Assembly: GCA_030668875.1 (NCBI GenBank)
Contig: DAOVER010000018.1
Location: 28,330 to 60,329 of the forward strand
Origin: Candidatus Heimdallarchaeota archaeon
GTDB lineage: Archaea > Asgardarchaeota > Heimdallarchaeia > Heimdallarchaeales > Heimdallarchaeaceae
DNA length: 32,000 nt
Direction of reading: 5' to 3'
A program made the translations under genes and the position numbers. Shown in pieces: positions 1 to 8,514 of the stretch (positions are counted from its first letter, which is position 1; each line of letters starts with the position of its first letter). The notes below the pieces were generated by a model. The model was not told the DNA's origin. It did not search any database and saw only the letters and a program-made list of their open reading frames with translations.

Positions 1-1
1 C

Positions 2-202
2 AATATAGTATCTATTTCTGTGTTTGAAGTAGAACCGCCAGAAGTAGAACAAACAGGTTTATTTCAAACTTTTAAACTTGGAGAAATTCTTATACTAGCT
101 GGTATCTTAGGTGCGTTTCAATTAGTACTTGCTATAATTGTTGTCGTTCTATTCAAAACTGTTCCATCACAAACAGAAAAGAAGGGAAGCAAGAAAAAAT
201 AG
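2..202 (+). CDS. 3' end of a membrane-anchored surface protein (partial, 5' end outside window)
   Basis: Frame is open from position 2 (NIVSISVFEVEPPEV...). It ends in a hydrophobic helix plus KKGSKKK tail that resembles the anchors of 19453-21234 and 21405-23186. Confidence 0.75.
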   Translation, partial: NIVSISVFEVEPPEVEQTGLFQTFKLGEILILAGILGAFQLVLAIIVVVLFKTVPSQTEKKGSKKK

Positions 203-232
203 ATTCTTCTCCTTCTCTTATTTTTTTCATTT
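203..232 (+). terminator. Pyrimidine/U-rich putative archaeal intrinsic terminator
   Basis: attcttctccttctcttatttttttcat directly follows the stop codon. Similar tracts follow 21234, 23186 and 30382. Confidence 0.4.
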
Positions 233-297
233 AATATGCAATTTTGATGTTAATAATCTTTTAGTCTAAAAATCCCTCCGTTTTATAATTAAGTTCT

Positions 298-920
298 CTA
301 AAACTTTTTTGCTACAATAAAATAATTCGTTTGTTTTTGTTGTAGATCTTCAGTTTCAATAATTTGGAATTTTCTTTCTGTTAGCAAATCTTCTAATTCA
401 GAGAATTTCAAAGAATTCATGTATGGAATTAATCTAAATTTACTTAGGATGAAAAGAAAAGCACCTAATACTGACTTTTTCTCTCCCAAACAAGGTGTTT
501 CAGAAATAAATAATCCTCCTGGCTTTAGTAATTCATTTATCCTTTCAATAACCTCTTTTGAATCTTCTAATAAATGAAGAATATTAAAAGCTGTAATCAC
601 ATTAAATGATTCCCTTTCATATCTATCATCAAATATGGTTGTTTTTGCGAAATTCATATTCTCAATTTTGCGTTCATCTGCTATTCTTTGTGCAACATCA
701 ATCATTTTAAATGAGATACCAATACCATGAATCTCTTTCACATAGTCAGCAATTTGTACAGTTATTACTCCTGCCCACAAGCGTAGTCTAGAACAACATC
801 ACTACTATTAAGATGTTTTTTAGTGTTTTCAACAGCTTTGTTGTAAATCTTTTCCCAATTTATTTTTTTATTTTCATATTCTTTTGCACTTCTGTCCCAA
901 AACTTCTCTGACTTATTCAT
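298..920 (-). pseudogene. Class I SAM-dependent methyltransferase with a 1-nt frameshift
   Basis: ATG at 920 gives MNKSEKFWDRSAKEY...VVLDYACG, then Q-E-stop. Adding one base between 774 and 773 restores motif I (LDYACGTG) and joins the 298-780 ORF (GVITVQIAD...AFNILHLLED...LLKPGG). A sequencing error cannot be excluded. Confidence 0.8.
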
Positions 921-984
921 TCTTAGCATCCTCATAGATTAAGGCATAAGGACAAAGTTAAACTTCTTTATTACATTATGTTTG

Positions 985-1923
985 TCAGTTTTTATTATTC
1001 TGCACTACAGTTATGACCACATTTCCCTTTTTGTGCCCTTTTTCGACATACACATGAGCCTCAGCAGTTTGTTCTAATGGGAATCGTTTATCTATGACCG
1101 CTTTGAATTTACCTGCCTCGCAGAGCTCTTTGATGAAGGTTAGATGTTCAATAACCTCAGATGGTTTACCCATACCTCCGGCATCTTTATGAACGTCAAG
1201 AAAGATTCCTGTGGTCTTTGAAGACTTTTTGGCACTTTTCTCCATCTTACCAACTGCATCAAAAATAACATCGTAGGTCTCACCATTTTGGGTAAAGTCC
1301 TCCTTGGTGTAGTCAATGACCTTATCAGCTCCGAATGACTTTACCATTTCTAAATTGCTTGTACTACAGACTCCGGTAACCTCAGCTCCAAAGGATTTGG
1401 CAATTTGTACTGCAGTAATTCCAGTACTTCCAGATGCACCATAAATTAGCACTTTTTGTCCGCTCTGGATATTTGCTTTGCGAAGAATCTTTAAAACAGT
1501 AATCCCAGAATTAGGAATAGTAGCAGCTTCCTCATAAGTCATATTGCTGGGTTTAATGGCTAGAACTTTGTCCTCAGGCATACAGTTGTACTCTGCATAT
1601 CCACCAAACTTCGACCACAAAGTAGAAGCAAAAACCTGATCACCTTTCTTGAACAGTTTCACGTCTTTACCAACTTCTTCAATTTCTCCAGCTAGCTCCA
1701 TTCCTAGAATACTTCTCTTTGGTTTTCTAATACCTAGAAATATTCTAGCTAAGAGCCATTCCTTGCGAGGAACTGTGAAACTTCGCATTCTCACATCCCC
1801 TGCATGTACTGTTGTTGCATATACTTTTATCAGTACTTCATTGTCCTTTGGTGTAGGTTTTTCTACCTCTTTTAATTTAAGCACCTCAGGTTCCCCGTAT
1901 CTTTCATATACAATCGCTTTCAT
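985..1923 (-). CDS. MDR-family NAD(P)-dependent oxidoreductase (quinone oxidoreductase-like, probably Zn-independent)
   Basis: [15 protein letters not shown] start, [25 protein letters not shown] nucleotide-binding loop and [13 protein letters not shown] end. Catalytic Zn Cys/His ligands are absent. Confidence 0.9.
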   Translation of the reverse strand: MKAIVYERYGEPEVLKLKEVEKPTPKDNEVLIKVYATTVHAGDVRMRSFTVPRKEWLLARIFLGIRKPKRSILGMELAGEIEEVGKDVKLFKKGDQVFASTLWSKFGGYAEYNCMPEDKVLAIKPSNMTYEEAATIPNSGITVLKILRKANIQSGQKVLIYGASGSTGITAVQIAKSFGAEVTGVCSTSNLEMVKSFGADKVIDYTKEDFTQNGETYDVIFDAVGKMEKSAKKSSKTTGIFLDVHKDAGGMGKPSEVIEHLTFIKELCEAGKFKAVIDKRFPLEQTAEAHVYVEKGHKKGNVVITVVQNNKN

Positions 1924-2034
1924 AAGCCTGCATCCATGAAATATACTTAAAAATGTATTCTTCGACCAATCTATTTTATTTCGATTATCTTAGTTAACAC
2001 GTTATCCATCAGTCATACTATCATCATTCAATCT

Positions 2035-2832
2035 TTATTTCAGTCTCCTAACAATAAAGCGATACTCTTCGGATCCACTATCTTCAGCAGAAATGAGTTC
2101 CTGACCTGTGACATGCGCCCATGCTGGAATGTCAGTTTTACTCCCTAGATCAGTGGTTAGAATTTCTAACACTTGACCAATTTTTAATTTTTCCAAAGCT
2201 TTTTTGGATTTTAAGACAGGTATTGGACAGCTAAAGTTGCGTACATCTAGGGTTTTGTGAACTTCACTCTTGGATTCTTCAACTGATGATTGCTTTACTT
2301 CGTTTAATTTAGCTCTGCTTGTTAGAGACCTAGTTTTACTATCTTCAAGAGGGTAATTAATATCTTCAACTGTAGTGGTTGTGTATCCTTTCTTAACCCA
2401 CAAATCCATACCCCCCTTTAAGCTCTTAACATCATCAAAACCTGCTTTAACCATACTTTCAGCGGCAATCAAAGACATTCCCCCTCCGGGACAAATTGTT
2501 ACTATTTCCTTTTCTTTAAAGGAAGAAAGAGTCTTTAAATTAACTGATAAATCAAGAATGGGGATTGACTTAGCATTTAGAATATGTCCATAATTACTAA
2601 GTGAACCTTCAGCTCCATAAAATTCTCTTCTGTCTCTAAGATCAATTATTATGGGGGACTGATTAGAATTTATTTTATCATTTAATTCATCAACAGTTAT
2701 TTCAGATACACCCGGTAGATACCACTTCCTTCTTATGAATTTAAAAAAAAACATCTTCATGATTTTAAGGACCATCCTAAACGTACTAATTTTAGTCTCT
2801 TTGATTTCATCTTTATTTTCCATTTTATTCAC
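2035..2832 (-). CDS. Rhodanese domain-TusA/SirA domain fusion (sulfur carrier)
   Basis: N-terminal rhodanese (IIDLRDRREF, GHILNA, active loop ICPGGGMS, SLKGGMDLW), a low-complexity linker, then a TusA domain (LDVRNFSCPIPVL...LEILTTD..S..DIPAWA). Confidence 0.88.
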   Translation of the reverse strand: MNKMENKDEIKETKISTFRMVLKIMKMFFFKFIRRKWYLPGVSEITVDELNDKINSNQSPIIIDLRDRREFYGAEGSLSNYGHILNAKSIPILDLSVNLKTLSSFKEKEIVTICPGGGMSLIAAESMVKAGFDDVKSLKGGMDLWVKKGYTTTTVEDINYPLEDSKTRSLTSRAKLNEVKQSSVEESKSEVHKTLDVRNFSCPIPVLKSKKALEKLKIGQVLEILTTDLGSKTDIPAWAHVTGQELISAEDSGSEEYRFIVRRLK

Positions 2833-3043
2833 ATTACTTTTCTAAACACCACTGAATTCAAATTTAATTTAAATTGGTTTCATTGAGTATTCTTCTATAA
2901 AATATGCTTATATGTCTATTCTTCTTCCTGATGTTGCTTTATTTTCAAGACTATTTATTAATTTAAATTAGCATTGAATCCAAATTCGATGTAAAGTTTA
3001 AAAACCAGTACACTCTGATTAGATAAAATGATATGGTGATTAT

Positions 3044-3577
3044 TTGGCAAGTCGACGAGTACATCTTTTTGGTGGAACACTTTTTTGGGTATTTTTCTTA
3101 GGAATATTCTATTTTCTTGATATGAATAATTGGATTGATTTGGGTCTAACGGGAGGTTTGGAAGACTTAGAATTTCATGGTATTTGGATTGTACTTTCTT
3201 TTATGGTAACTCATTTTGGTGCGCAGCTTCCTGATTATGATCTGATTTGGGAGAAACTTCTTCCCCATAGGAATATCATTACTCATTCTGTTTTCCTTCC
3301 TTTACTTATTTGTATACCTCTTTACTTTGTTTCAGCTGCTACTAAGTTTCTTGTACCTATCTATGCCTTCTATCTTATCGGACATGCTTCCCATCTTTTC
3401 CTGGATTTACGTCCTAAGAGTTGGAAAGGAGCAGCATTAATTCATCTCTTTTGGGTAAATGATGATGGAAGAAAAACTTTTACTGCAAAAGCTTCCAAAC
3501 TGTTCTTACTTATCAATGGAATAATAGTTTTGGTTGCTGGAATCATATTACTATACTTCTTTCAAGCATGGATCTAA
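3044..3577 (+). CDS. Membrane metal-dependent hydrolase (YdjM/DUF457-like)
   Basis: Motifs H..GG, GAQLPDYD, HRNIITHS and GHASHLFLD in a multi-TM protein. Confidence 0.8.
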   Translation: MASRRVHLFGGTLFWVFFLGIFYFLDMNNWIDLGLTGGLEDLEFHGIWIVLSFMVTHFGAQLPDYDLIWEKLLPHRNIITHSVFLPLLICIPLYFVSAATKFLVPIYAFYLIGHASHLFLDLRPKSWKGAALIHLFWVNDDGRKTFTAKASKLFLLINGIIVLVAGIILLYFFQAWI

Positions 3578-3652
3578 CAAAAAGAATTAACATTCTTTTT
3601 ATTTTTCTTTCTCATTGGTACAATTTGATTTTGTAAAACTTCCTTGAAAGAT

Positions 3653-4150
3653 TCAGTGATCGTTTTGTTTAGGTTGCGCTCTATTTGCTATGAAAACGAC
3701 TAGGAGTATTATGATTAATTCTAAAATTACTGTAGCTAAATATGCATCAATGAAATAAACATACCATCTTTCAATGTTTCCACACCCTTGACGTTGATAT
3801 TGGATAAAACCTACTCTTGTAAATATTCCAAGTATAAAAAGGAAACTTCTGTTAATCACACATATTAAAAAGGTCTTTTTTGTTACATGTCTTTCTTTAA
3901 TGATAAGAATTACTATAATTGAAGATGAGATCAAAGATAGAGCAAATAATATAGCTGTTCCTGGATAAAATGGATAAATGACACACTCCATAGATGGTTG
4001 ATAGAATAAGAAGTAAGATCCCAGGAAACAAATTGCTGATATAAATGTGAATATTTCATGGATTAGCTTTGTTTCTTCAATAAACTGAAAGAAATGTGTG
4101 AAATTTACTTTCTTCATCCAGCTACATTCTGCTTTTACTAATTTAAACAT
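3653..4150 (-). CDS. Hypothetical 4-TM protein with two loop cysteines (paralogue of 18368-18886)
   Basis: Four hydrophobic segments. CxxYxxxPG and RxxxxxYxxxxCGxxxxWYxxxxD motifs are shared with 18368-18886. Start codon uncertain. Confidence 0.65.
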   Translation of the reverse strand: MFKLVKAECSWMKKVNFTHFFQFIEETKLIHEIFTFISAICFLGSYFLFYQPSMECVIYPFYPGTAILFALSLISSSIIVILIIKERHVTKKTFLICVINRSFLFILGIFTRVGFIQYQRQGCGNIERWYVYFIDAYLATVILELIIILLVVFIANRAQPKQNDH

Positions 4151-4241
4151 AACTAATTGAAGGCAGTTGAATCACTCTATAGTGGAAAAGTAACAACGAT
4201 AATGTTGTTGTAAGAAATAATACGTTTTTTAGTGGATAATA

Positions 4242-4856
4242 TTAATTCAGATGGTACATATAGTTAACAAGTTCAACACGGAACATATCTTCTTTTTCTT
4301 TATCGTAACTGATAACGTTTATACAGCAGTTTCCTTGAGATAGTACCTTAAGAAAAGGTGAACTAAATATTTCAGAGAAAATAGTACGAGTTACTCCTCC
4401 ATGAGTTACAATCAAGATGTTACCCTCTTCCTCATTTTCATTCACAATCTCAAGAAATTTATTCCATATTCGTTCTGTGAATACATCCCAACGTTCCCCT
4501 CCTGATTGTAGAACCATCTTATTGAAATCCCCGACACTCTTCAGCTTATCCAGAAATACTTTGATTGCTACACCATCAAGTTTCCCTGAAGTATGTTCCA
4601 TGAGTTCATCATATTCAATAACTGGTAAATCCAATTCTGATGCAATAATTTGAGCAGTTTCACTAGCTCTACTCAAACTTGAAGCGAAAATCTTTACAAT
4701 GTTTCTTCCTTTAAGAAAATTAGCTGTAGCTTGTGCTTCCTTTTTACCAGTCTCATTTAGAGGAATATCGATATGTCCTGTAGTAAAATGTTTCTTTCCG
4801 TAATCTGTTTCACCATGTCTAACAAGGAAGATGCTCATGAACGAGAATTCAATCAA
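4242..4856 (-). CDS. Histidine phosphatase family protein (PGM/CobC-like); likely start ATG 4838
   Basis: LVRHGET, SSLSRASETA, acidic residue in LMEH, and IVTHGG. Confidence 0.92.
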   Translation of the reverse strand: MIEFSFMSIFLVRHGETDYGKKHFTTGHIDIPLNETGKKEAQATANFLKGRNIVKIFASSLSRASETAQIIASELDLPVIEYDELMEHTSGKLDGVAIKVFLDKLKSVGDFNKMVLQSGGERWDVFTERIWNKFLEIVNENEEEGNILIVTHGGVTRTIFSEIFSSPFLKVLSQGNCCINVISYDKEKEDMFRVELVNYMYHLN

Positions 4857-4959
4857 AGCAAATAAAAAGGTTGGGAAACCAATTACACAAGAGAGGAATT
4901 AATATCCTTTTTTAAGGTAACATTTTTGCTGTTAACTTTGTTTGTAGTTGATCATGAGG

Positions 4960-5739
4960 TTAAACTAGTAATATTAGGACTATTAGAATCTCCCCTACTC
5001 CTGCAAGAAACGGATTGTCCCAAGAGTGGGGAGCAAAAGCTTCAGCTAAAGTCATCAAAATGGGTATCGTTATCACTGCTACAATAAATTGAATCGAGCT
5101 AAAAGATGCAAAATGTACCAAAATCACAATTATGGATACGATAAAGACACAAGCACTCCCTTCTAGACTTCTTTTATATTTTTTCTTTGTAAATAGTGCA
5201 TAAGTCTTGTATTTGTGTTTACCAAATCGAATTCCTATTGGTTCTGCTAAACCATCCCCAAATCCGTTTATTAACATAACAATAAAAACAAGTTCCATTC
5301 TGTCTATCATCATTAAATATGTGGTGAATGGTATCATTACTAGAAAACTAGCTGCAGATTGTGTCGTTATCCATAATAGTGTGTGAGGTCTGTCCTCTGG
5401 TCTATCTATACTTTGAAAGGCAACACCTAGCATTTTTATGCGTGATCGAATTGGTTTAAGAAAAAGTAATAGATATAATAACCCTAATCCAAGTCCAAGT
5501 GCCGAATACAATATACTTTCTTCTAAACTTTCATTCCCACCTGAAGTATTTGTTCCCTTTAATATGAAGTCTAGAATAAATGGGATGAATAGAAGAGAAA
5601 AATGATTTATCTTTCTTGTATAATTAACTTTTACTCCTTTCTTTGTTACTAACAATCCACTAAGATGCCAAATTGCGAAATATAAGGTGAATTTTATAAC
5701 TTGAGTTATGGTAAAATCAAGCAAAACTTTAATTGTCAT
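4960..5739 (-). CDS. CTP-dependent polyprenol kinase (phytol/dolichol kinase, cytidylyltransferase-like family)
   Basis: YTRKINH, GFGDGLAEPIGIRFGKHKY, KRSLEGS, AE...P..WDN in a multi-TM protein. The start overlaps the upstream stop (ATGA at 5736-5739). Confidence 0.8.
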   Translation of the reverse strand: MTIKVLLDFTITQVIKFTLYFAIWHLSGLLVTKKGVKVNYTRKINHFSLLFIPFILDFILKGTNTSGGNESLEESILYSALGLGLGLLYLLLFLKPIRSRIKMLGVAFQSIDRPEDRPHTLLWITTQSAASFLVMIPFTTYLMMIDRMELVFIVMLINGFGDGLAEPIGIRFGKHKYKTYALFTKKKYKRSLEGSACVFIVSIIVILVHFASFSSIQFIVAVITIPILMTLAEAFAPHSWDNPFLAGVGEILIVLILLV

Positions 5740-6392
5740 GCTCCCTCACCTTTGGAAACTCTCTTGGCCTCAATACGTTTCTGTATTTGTCTCAAAAGGA
5801 TATTAATTTCTTCTTTGCTTAGTGTTTTTTGCTTAACAATTGCTGTAAGTAGCTTATCTAATTCCTTGATAATTCTATTTAGTATATCTAGATTGTTTTC
5901 TTGCCTTAAAACATCTCTTCTAACATTCTGGATGAAACCCTTTACAAATACTACTGCATCTCCCTTTGTCTCTAACTCCTGAACATGACTAATCAATTTT
6001 TCAAAATCCCTCTCGTGTTTAAATGGATCTGCTAATCTATCCAATGGTGCAAGTTCTGTCATTTCTGCAAATCTCCCGTCCCATGTTTCTTTTAGATGTT
6101 CTAGATGTTCTTTGCCAATCTTAGTAAGTTTATACAACACCTGTGTTCGACCTAATTCTTCAGTAGTACTCGCAAAGACTTGGTCTAATTCAATCAATCT
6201 CTCGATTAATCTATTTGCGCTGGTTCTTGGAAATTTATATTTGACATTCAATTGATATCCTGTAATTCCTTTATCTTGATTATCTGAAAGAATCATAAGT
6301 AGAAAAAACAACTTGAATTCCTGCATTGTTTCAGGATCTAGCGGAAACGGCAACGGTCTCTGATTTTTGTCAACTTGCTTTCGATTTAACAT
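5736..6392 (-). CDS. PadR-like winged-helix transcriptional regulator with helical C-terminal domain
   Basis: KLFFLLMIL...GITGYQL...ANRLIERL....GRTQVLYKLTKIGKEHL...W wHTH pattern, followed by an amphipathic/coiled C-terminal region. Confidence 0.7.
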   Translation of the reverse strand: MLNRKQVDKNQRPLPFPLDPETMQEFKLFFLLMILSDNQDKGITGYQLNVKYKFPRTSANRLIERLIELDQVFASTTEELGRTQVLYKLTKIGKEHLEHLKETWDGRFAEMTELAPLDRLADPFKHERDFEKLISHVQELETKGDAVVFVKGFIQNVRRDVLRQENNLDILNRIIKELDKLLTAIVKQKTLSKEEINILLRQIQKRIEAKRVSKGEGA

Positions 6393-6413
6393 TATTTTAC
6401 AACTCAGCTCTAA

Positions 6414-6429
6414 CTGTCCAAATGGACAT
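6414..6429. promoter_or_regulatory. Putative PadR-type operator
   Basis: TGTCCA-AA-TGGACA palindrome at 6415-6428. On the minus strand it reads ATGT-N8-ACAG, one mismatch from the ATGT-N8-ACAT PadR box. It lies 22-37 bp upstream of the start and ~25 bp downstream of a TATATAT box (6451-6457, minus). Confidence 0.6.
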
Positions 6430-6557
6430 ATGTTACTGTGGCTATATCTAATATATACTTGTTTTGATAGTCTTACCCAATATACTCTTCACTGGTTAAT
6501 GTGGGGATGATTTGACTGATTCGCAGCTTTCAGAAAAAAATAGTTTTGAAAAAGATC

Positions 6558-6986
6558 CTATTCAGAAGCCTTTTTCCTTAATTTTTTCAAATTGAAATCA
6601 TTTTTCAGAGCAATAATTGAAAAATATATTATCAATATTCCTTGAATGATTGGAAATATTGGGTACCACCAAATTCCATTGATATCGGGATGAGCTAATA
6701 TTACATGAACTAAAATCCATTGAAGAGTTGCCCATACTGCTGGAATAAATCCAAGATATAACCCTAGTTTATATTTAAGTAGAACGAGGATGATACTAAT
6801 CACCAAAATGATTGCGCACACTGTTGTTGCAATCAACCCCATTAGAGACTTATCGCTTTCTAATGTTACTTGGGATCCTGGAATTTCACGCACAATTTTG
6901 TGGATTAAATTAATGATGTACATACCAATAACTGCTTGTATATAGATTGATACGTTTTTTTTCGATACATTTTCTTGTTGAGACAT
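6558..6986 (-). CDS. Hypothetical 4-TM membrane protein
   Basis: ORF with four hydrophobic segments, co-oriented downstream of 7075-7803. Confidence 0.65.
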   Translation of the reverse strand: MSQQENVSKKNVSIYIQAVIGMYIINLIHKIVREIPGSQVTLESDKSLMGLIATTVCAIILVISIILVLLKYKLGLYLGFIPAVWATLQWILVHVILAHPDINGIWWYPIFPIIQGILIIYFSIIALKNDFNLKKLRKKASE

Positions 6987-7074
6987 TTTCTATTCAGTTC
7001 CTTTAACTTTTTTTTCATTCGTGCAGAAGCAAAAATTTGGATTTCTCCATTCTGTTGAACATTTTTCATTAGAC

Positions 7075-7803
7075 CTATAAATCCTTAACTATCTTGAGTA
7101 TACTTTTAACCAGAAGATACGATCCGCACACGAGTAAAGCTACGTCTACATAAGCACCAAGCAGGATAATGCCGAAAAATCCAAAATAAACTGTCAAACC
7201 TCCTACAAATGTTGTTAGCATGAGTGGTTTTGGTTTCTTTGCAAGTATCAATACAGCTGTTATCATGACCAATGTAGGACAATTTACCCCTCCTAAAGGA
7301 GAGTAAAGAAGAGCATTCAAAGCTATTGGCGCATCAACCCAATGTAGGTACCAGAAACCAATGATTAATCCAATGCTAGAAAATATCCAATCAATAATCT
7401 TAGCATTCTCTAAATCAACTTTTAATTTCTTTGATACAAATGCAATAAGGATTAGAGTTGTTATGACCCCAAAGAAGAGGATATTTGGTATCACTACATA
7501 AACACTTGAAACAATTGTGCTAGATAGTGAAAGAATAAGGACTATTGCAAAAAAGATCTGATCCCTGTATCTTTTCCATACAATTCCTGTTACAAGAAGA
7601 AGAAATATTGCTATGTGCATTGCAAGAAAATAGTACTTCAATTGACTACTGATTGTCGTAAGAGTGCTTGTTATTTGTTCAGGAGTCCTCATAAATGTCA
7701 TAATTACTACTAACAACAAAGCTAATCCCAGTAAGCTCCACGCAAGTATACTTCTCCAATTAGACTTCACTTCGTTTTTATTTTTCAAATCTACCGTAGT
7801 CAA
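7075..7803 (-). CDS. Multi-TM membrane protein (SPLGGVNCPT motif, loosely DUF6064-like); 5' end probably separated by the IS607 insertion
   Basis: About 8 hydrophobic segments, only a TTG start with no clear RBS. An orphan RBS plus ATG lies on the other side of the IS (10529). Confidence 0.65.
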   Translation of the reverse strand: MTTVDLKNKNEVKSNWRSILAWSLLGLALLLVVIMTFMRTPEQITSTLTTISSQLKYYFLAMHIAIFLLLVTGIVWKRYRDQIFFAIVLILSLSSTIVSSVYVVIPNILFFGVITTLILIAFVSKKLKVDLENAKIIDWIFSSIGLIIGFWYLHWVDAPIALNALLYSPLGGVNCPTLVMITAVLILAKKPKPLMLTTFVGGLTVYFGFFGIILLGAYVDVALLVCGSYLLVKSILKIVKDL

Positions 7804-7835
7804 CTGAAGAGTAAAAACTTACCCAATCTTGTTGT

Positions 7836-7869
7836 GAGGAAAAAGGGGAGGAAGAATTTAGAGGAAAAA
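7836..7869 (+). repeat. Three 9-bp direct repeats at the IS left end (putative TnpA binding sites)
   Basis: GAGGAAAAA (7836-7844), GAGGAAGAA (7848-7856), GAGGAAAAA (7861-7869). IS607-family ends are known to carry short direct repeats bound by the recombinase. Confidence 0.55.
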
Positions 7870-7884
7870 TAAGAAAGAGAGCAT

Positions 7885-8475
7885 ATGTTAGTGAGAATAG
7901 GGATAGCGGCAAAGTTACAAGGAGTGTCAGCTAGTACGTTAAGACGATGGGAAAAGGAAGAAAAGTTATTACCAGAGAGAAGAACAAGAGGAGGACATAG
8001 AAGATATATACTTGTGCAAGCGATGAATGGAGAAAAAGAGAAAGGAGAAGGAAGGCAAAAGAAAATAGTGCTTGGATATGCGAGAGTAAGTGCAGCGAAG
8101 CAAAGAAAAGAATTGCAGAACCAGAAAGAACAAATGCAAAAGTTTGTTGAACAACAAGGGTGGAAGATGGGAAAAATGTTTGCTGATATTGCTTCAGGGA
8201 TGAACGAACAACGAAAAGGTTTACAGAATCTATTGAATGAAGTGGCAACAACTAGCCCTTTTGCAGTCATCTGCACCTATGAAGATAGATTGGCAAGGTT
8301 TGGAACAAAAGTGATCAAACACTATTGCCAAACATTCTCAACAAACATCATTGCTATGCATAAGGAATTACAAACTACCAAGGAAGAAAAACTGATAGAA
8401 GATATGATCGCCTTGGTAACCTCCTTTGCAGGAAGATTACACAGGCAAAGGAGAGGGAAAACTCCTCCTAACTGA
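7885..8475 (+). CDS. tnpA: IS607-family serine transposase/recombinase
   Basis: N-terminal MerR-like HTH (AAKLQGVSASTLRRWEKE, RTRGGHRRY), then a serine recombinase core (GYARVS with catalytic Ser, DIASG, YEDRLARFG, EDMIALVTSFAGRLH). Confidence 0.96.
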   Translation: MLVRIGIAAKLQGVSASTLRRWEKEEKLLPERRTRGGHRRYILVQAMNGEKEKGEGRQKKIVLGYARVSAAKQRKELQNQKEQMQKFVEQQGWKMGKMFADIASGMNEQRKGLQNLLNEVATTSPFAVICTYEDRLARFGTKVIKHYCQTFSTNIIAMHKELQTTKEEKLIEDMIALVTSFAGRLHRQRRGKTPPN

Positions 8476-8514
8476 GTTTTCTTCGCGTTTATATACCATT
8501 CTGTGGATAAGTAG

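Noticed and set aside
7819-7821. Stop-codon readthrough or recoding at the TAA in the reconstituted N-terminus
   Set aside because: TAA is not a Sec/Pyl codon and no recoding signal is evident. A post-insertion mutation or a different junction is simpler.
7834-7884. IStron (group I intron fused to IS607)
   Set aside because: Only ~50 bp separate the left end from tnpA, leaving no room for an intron core, and no P-element motifs were seen.
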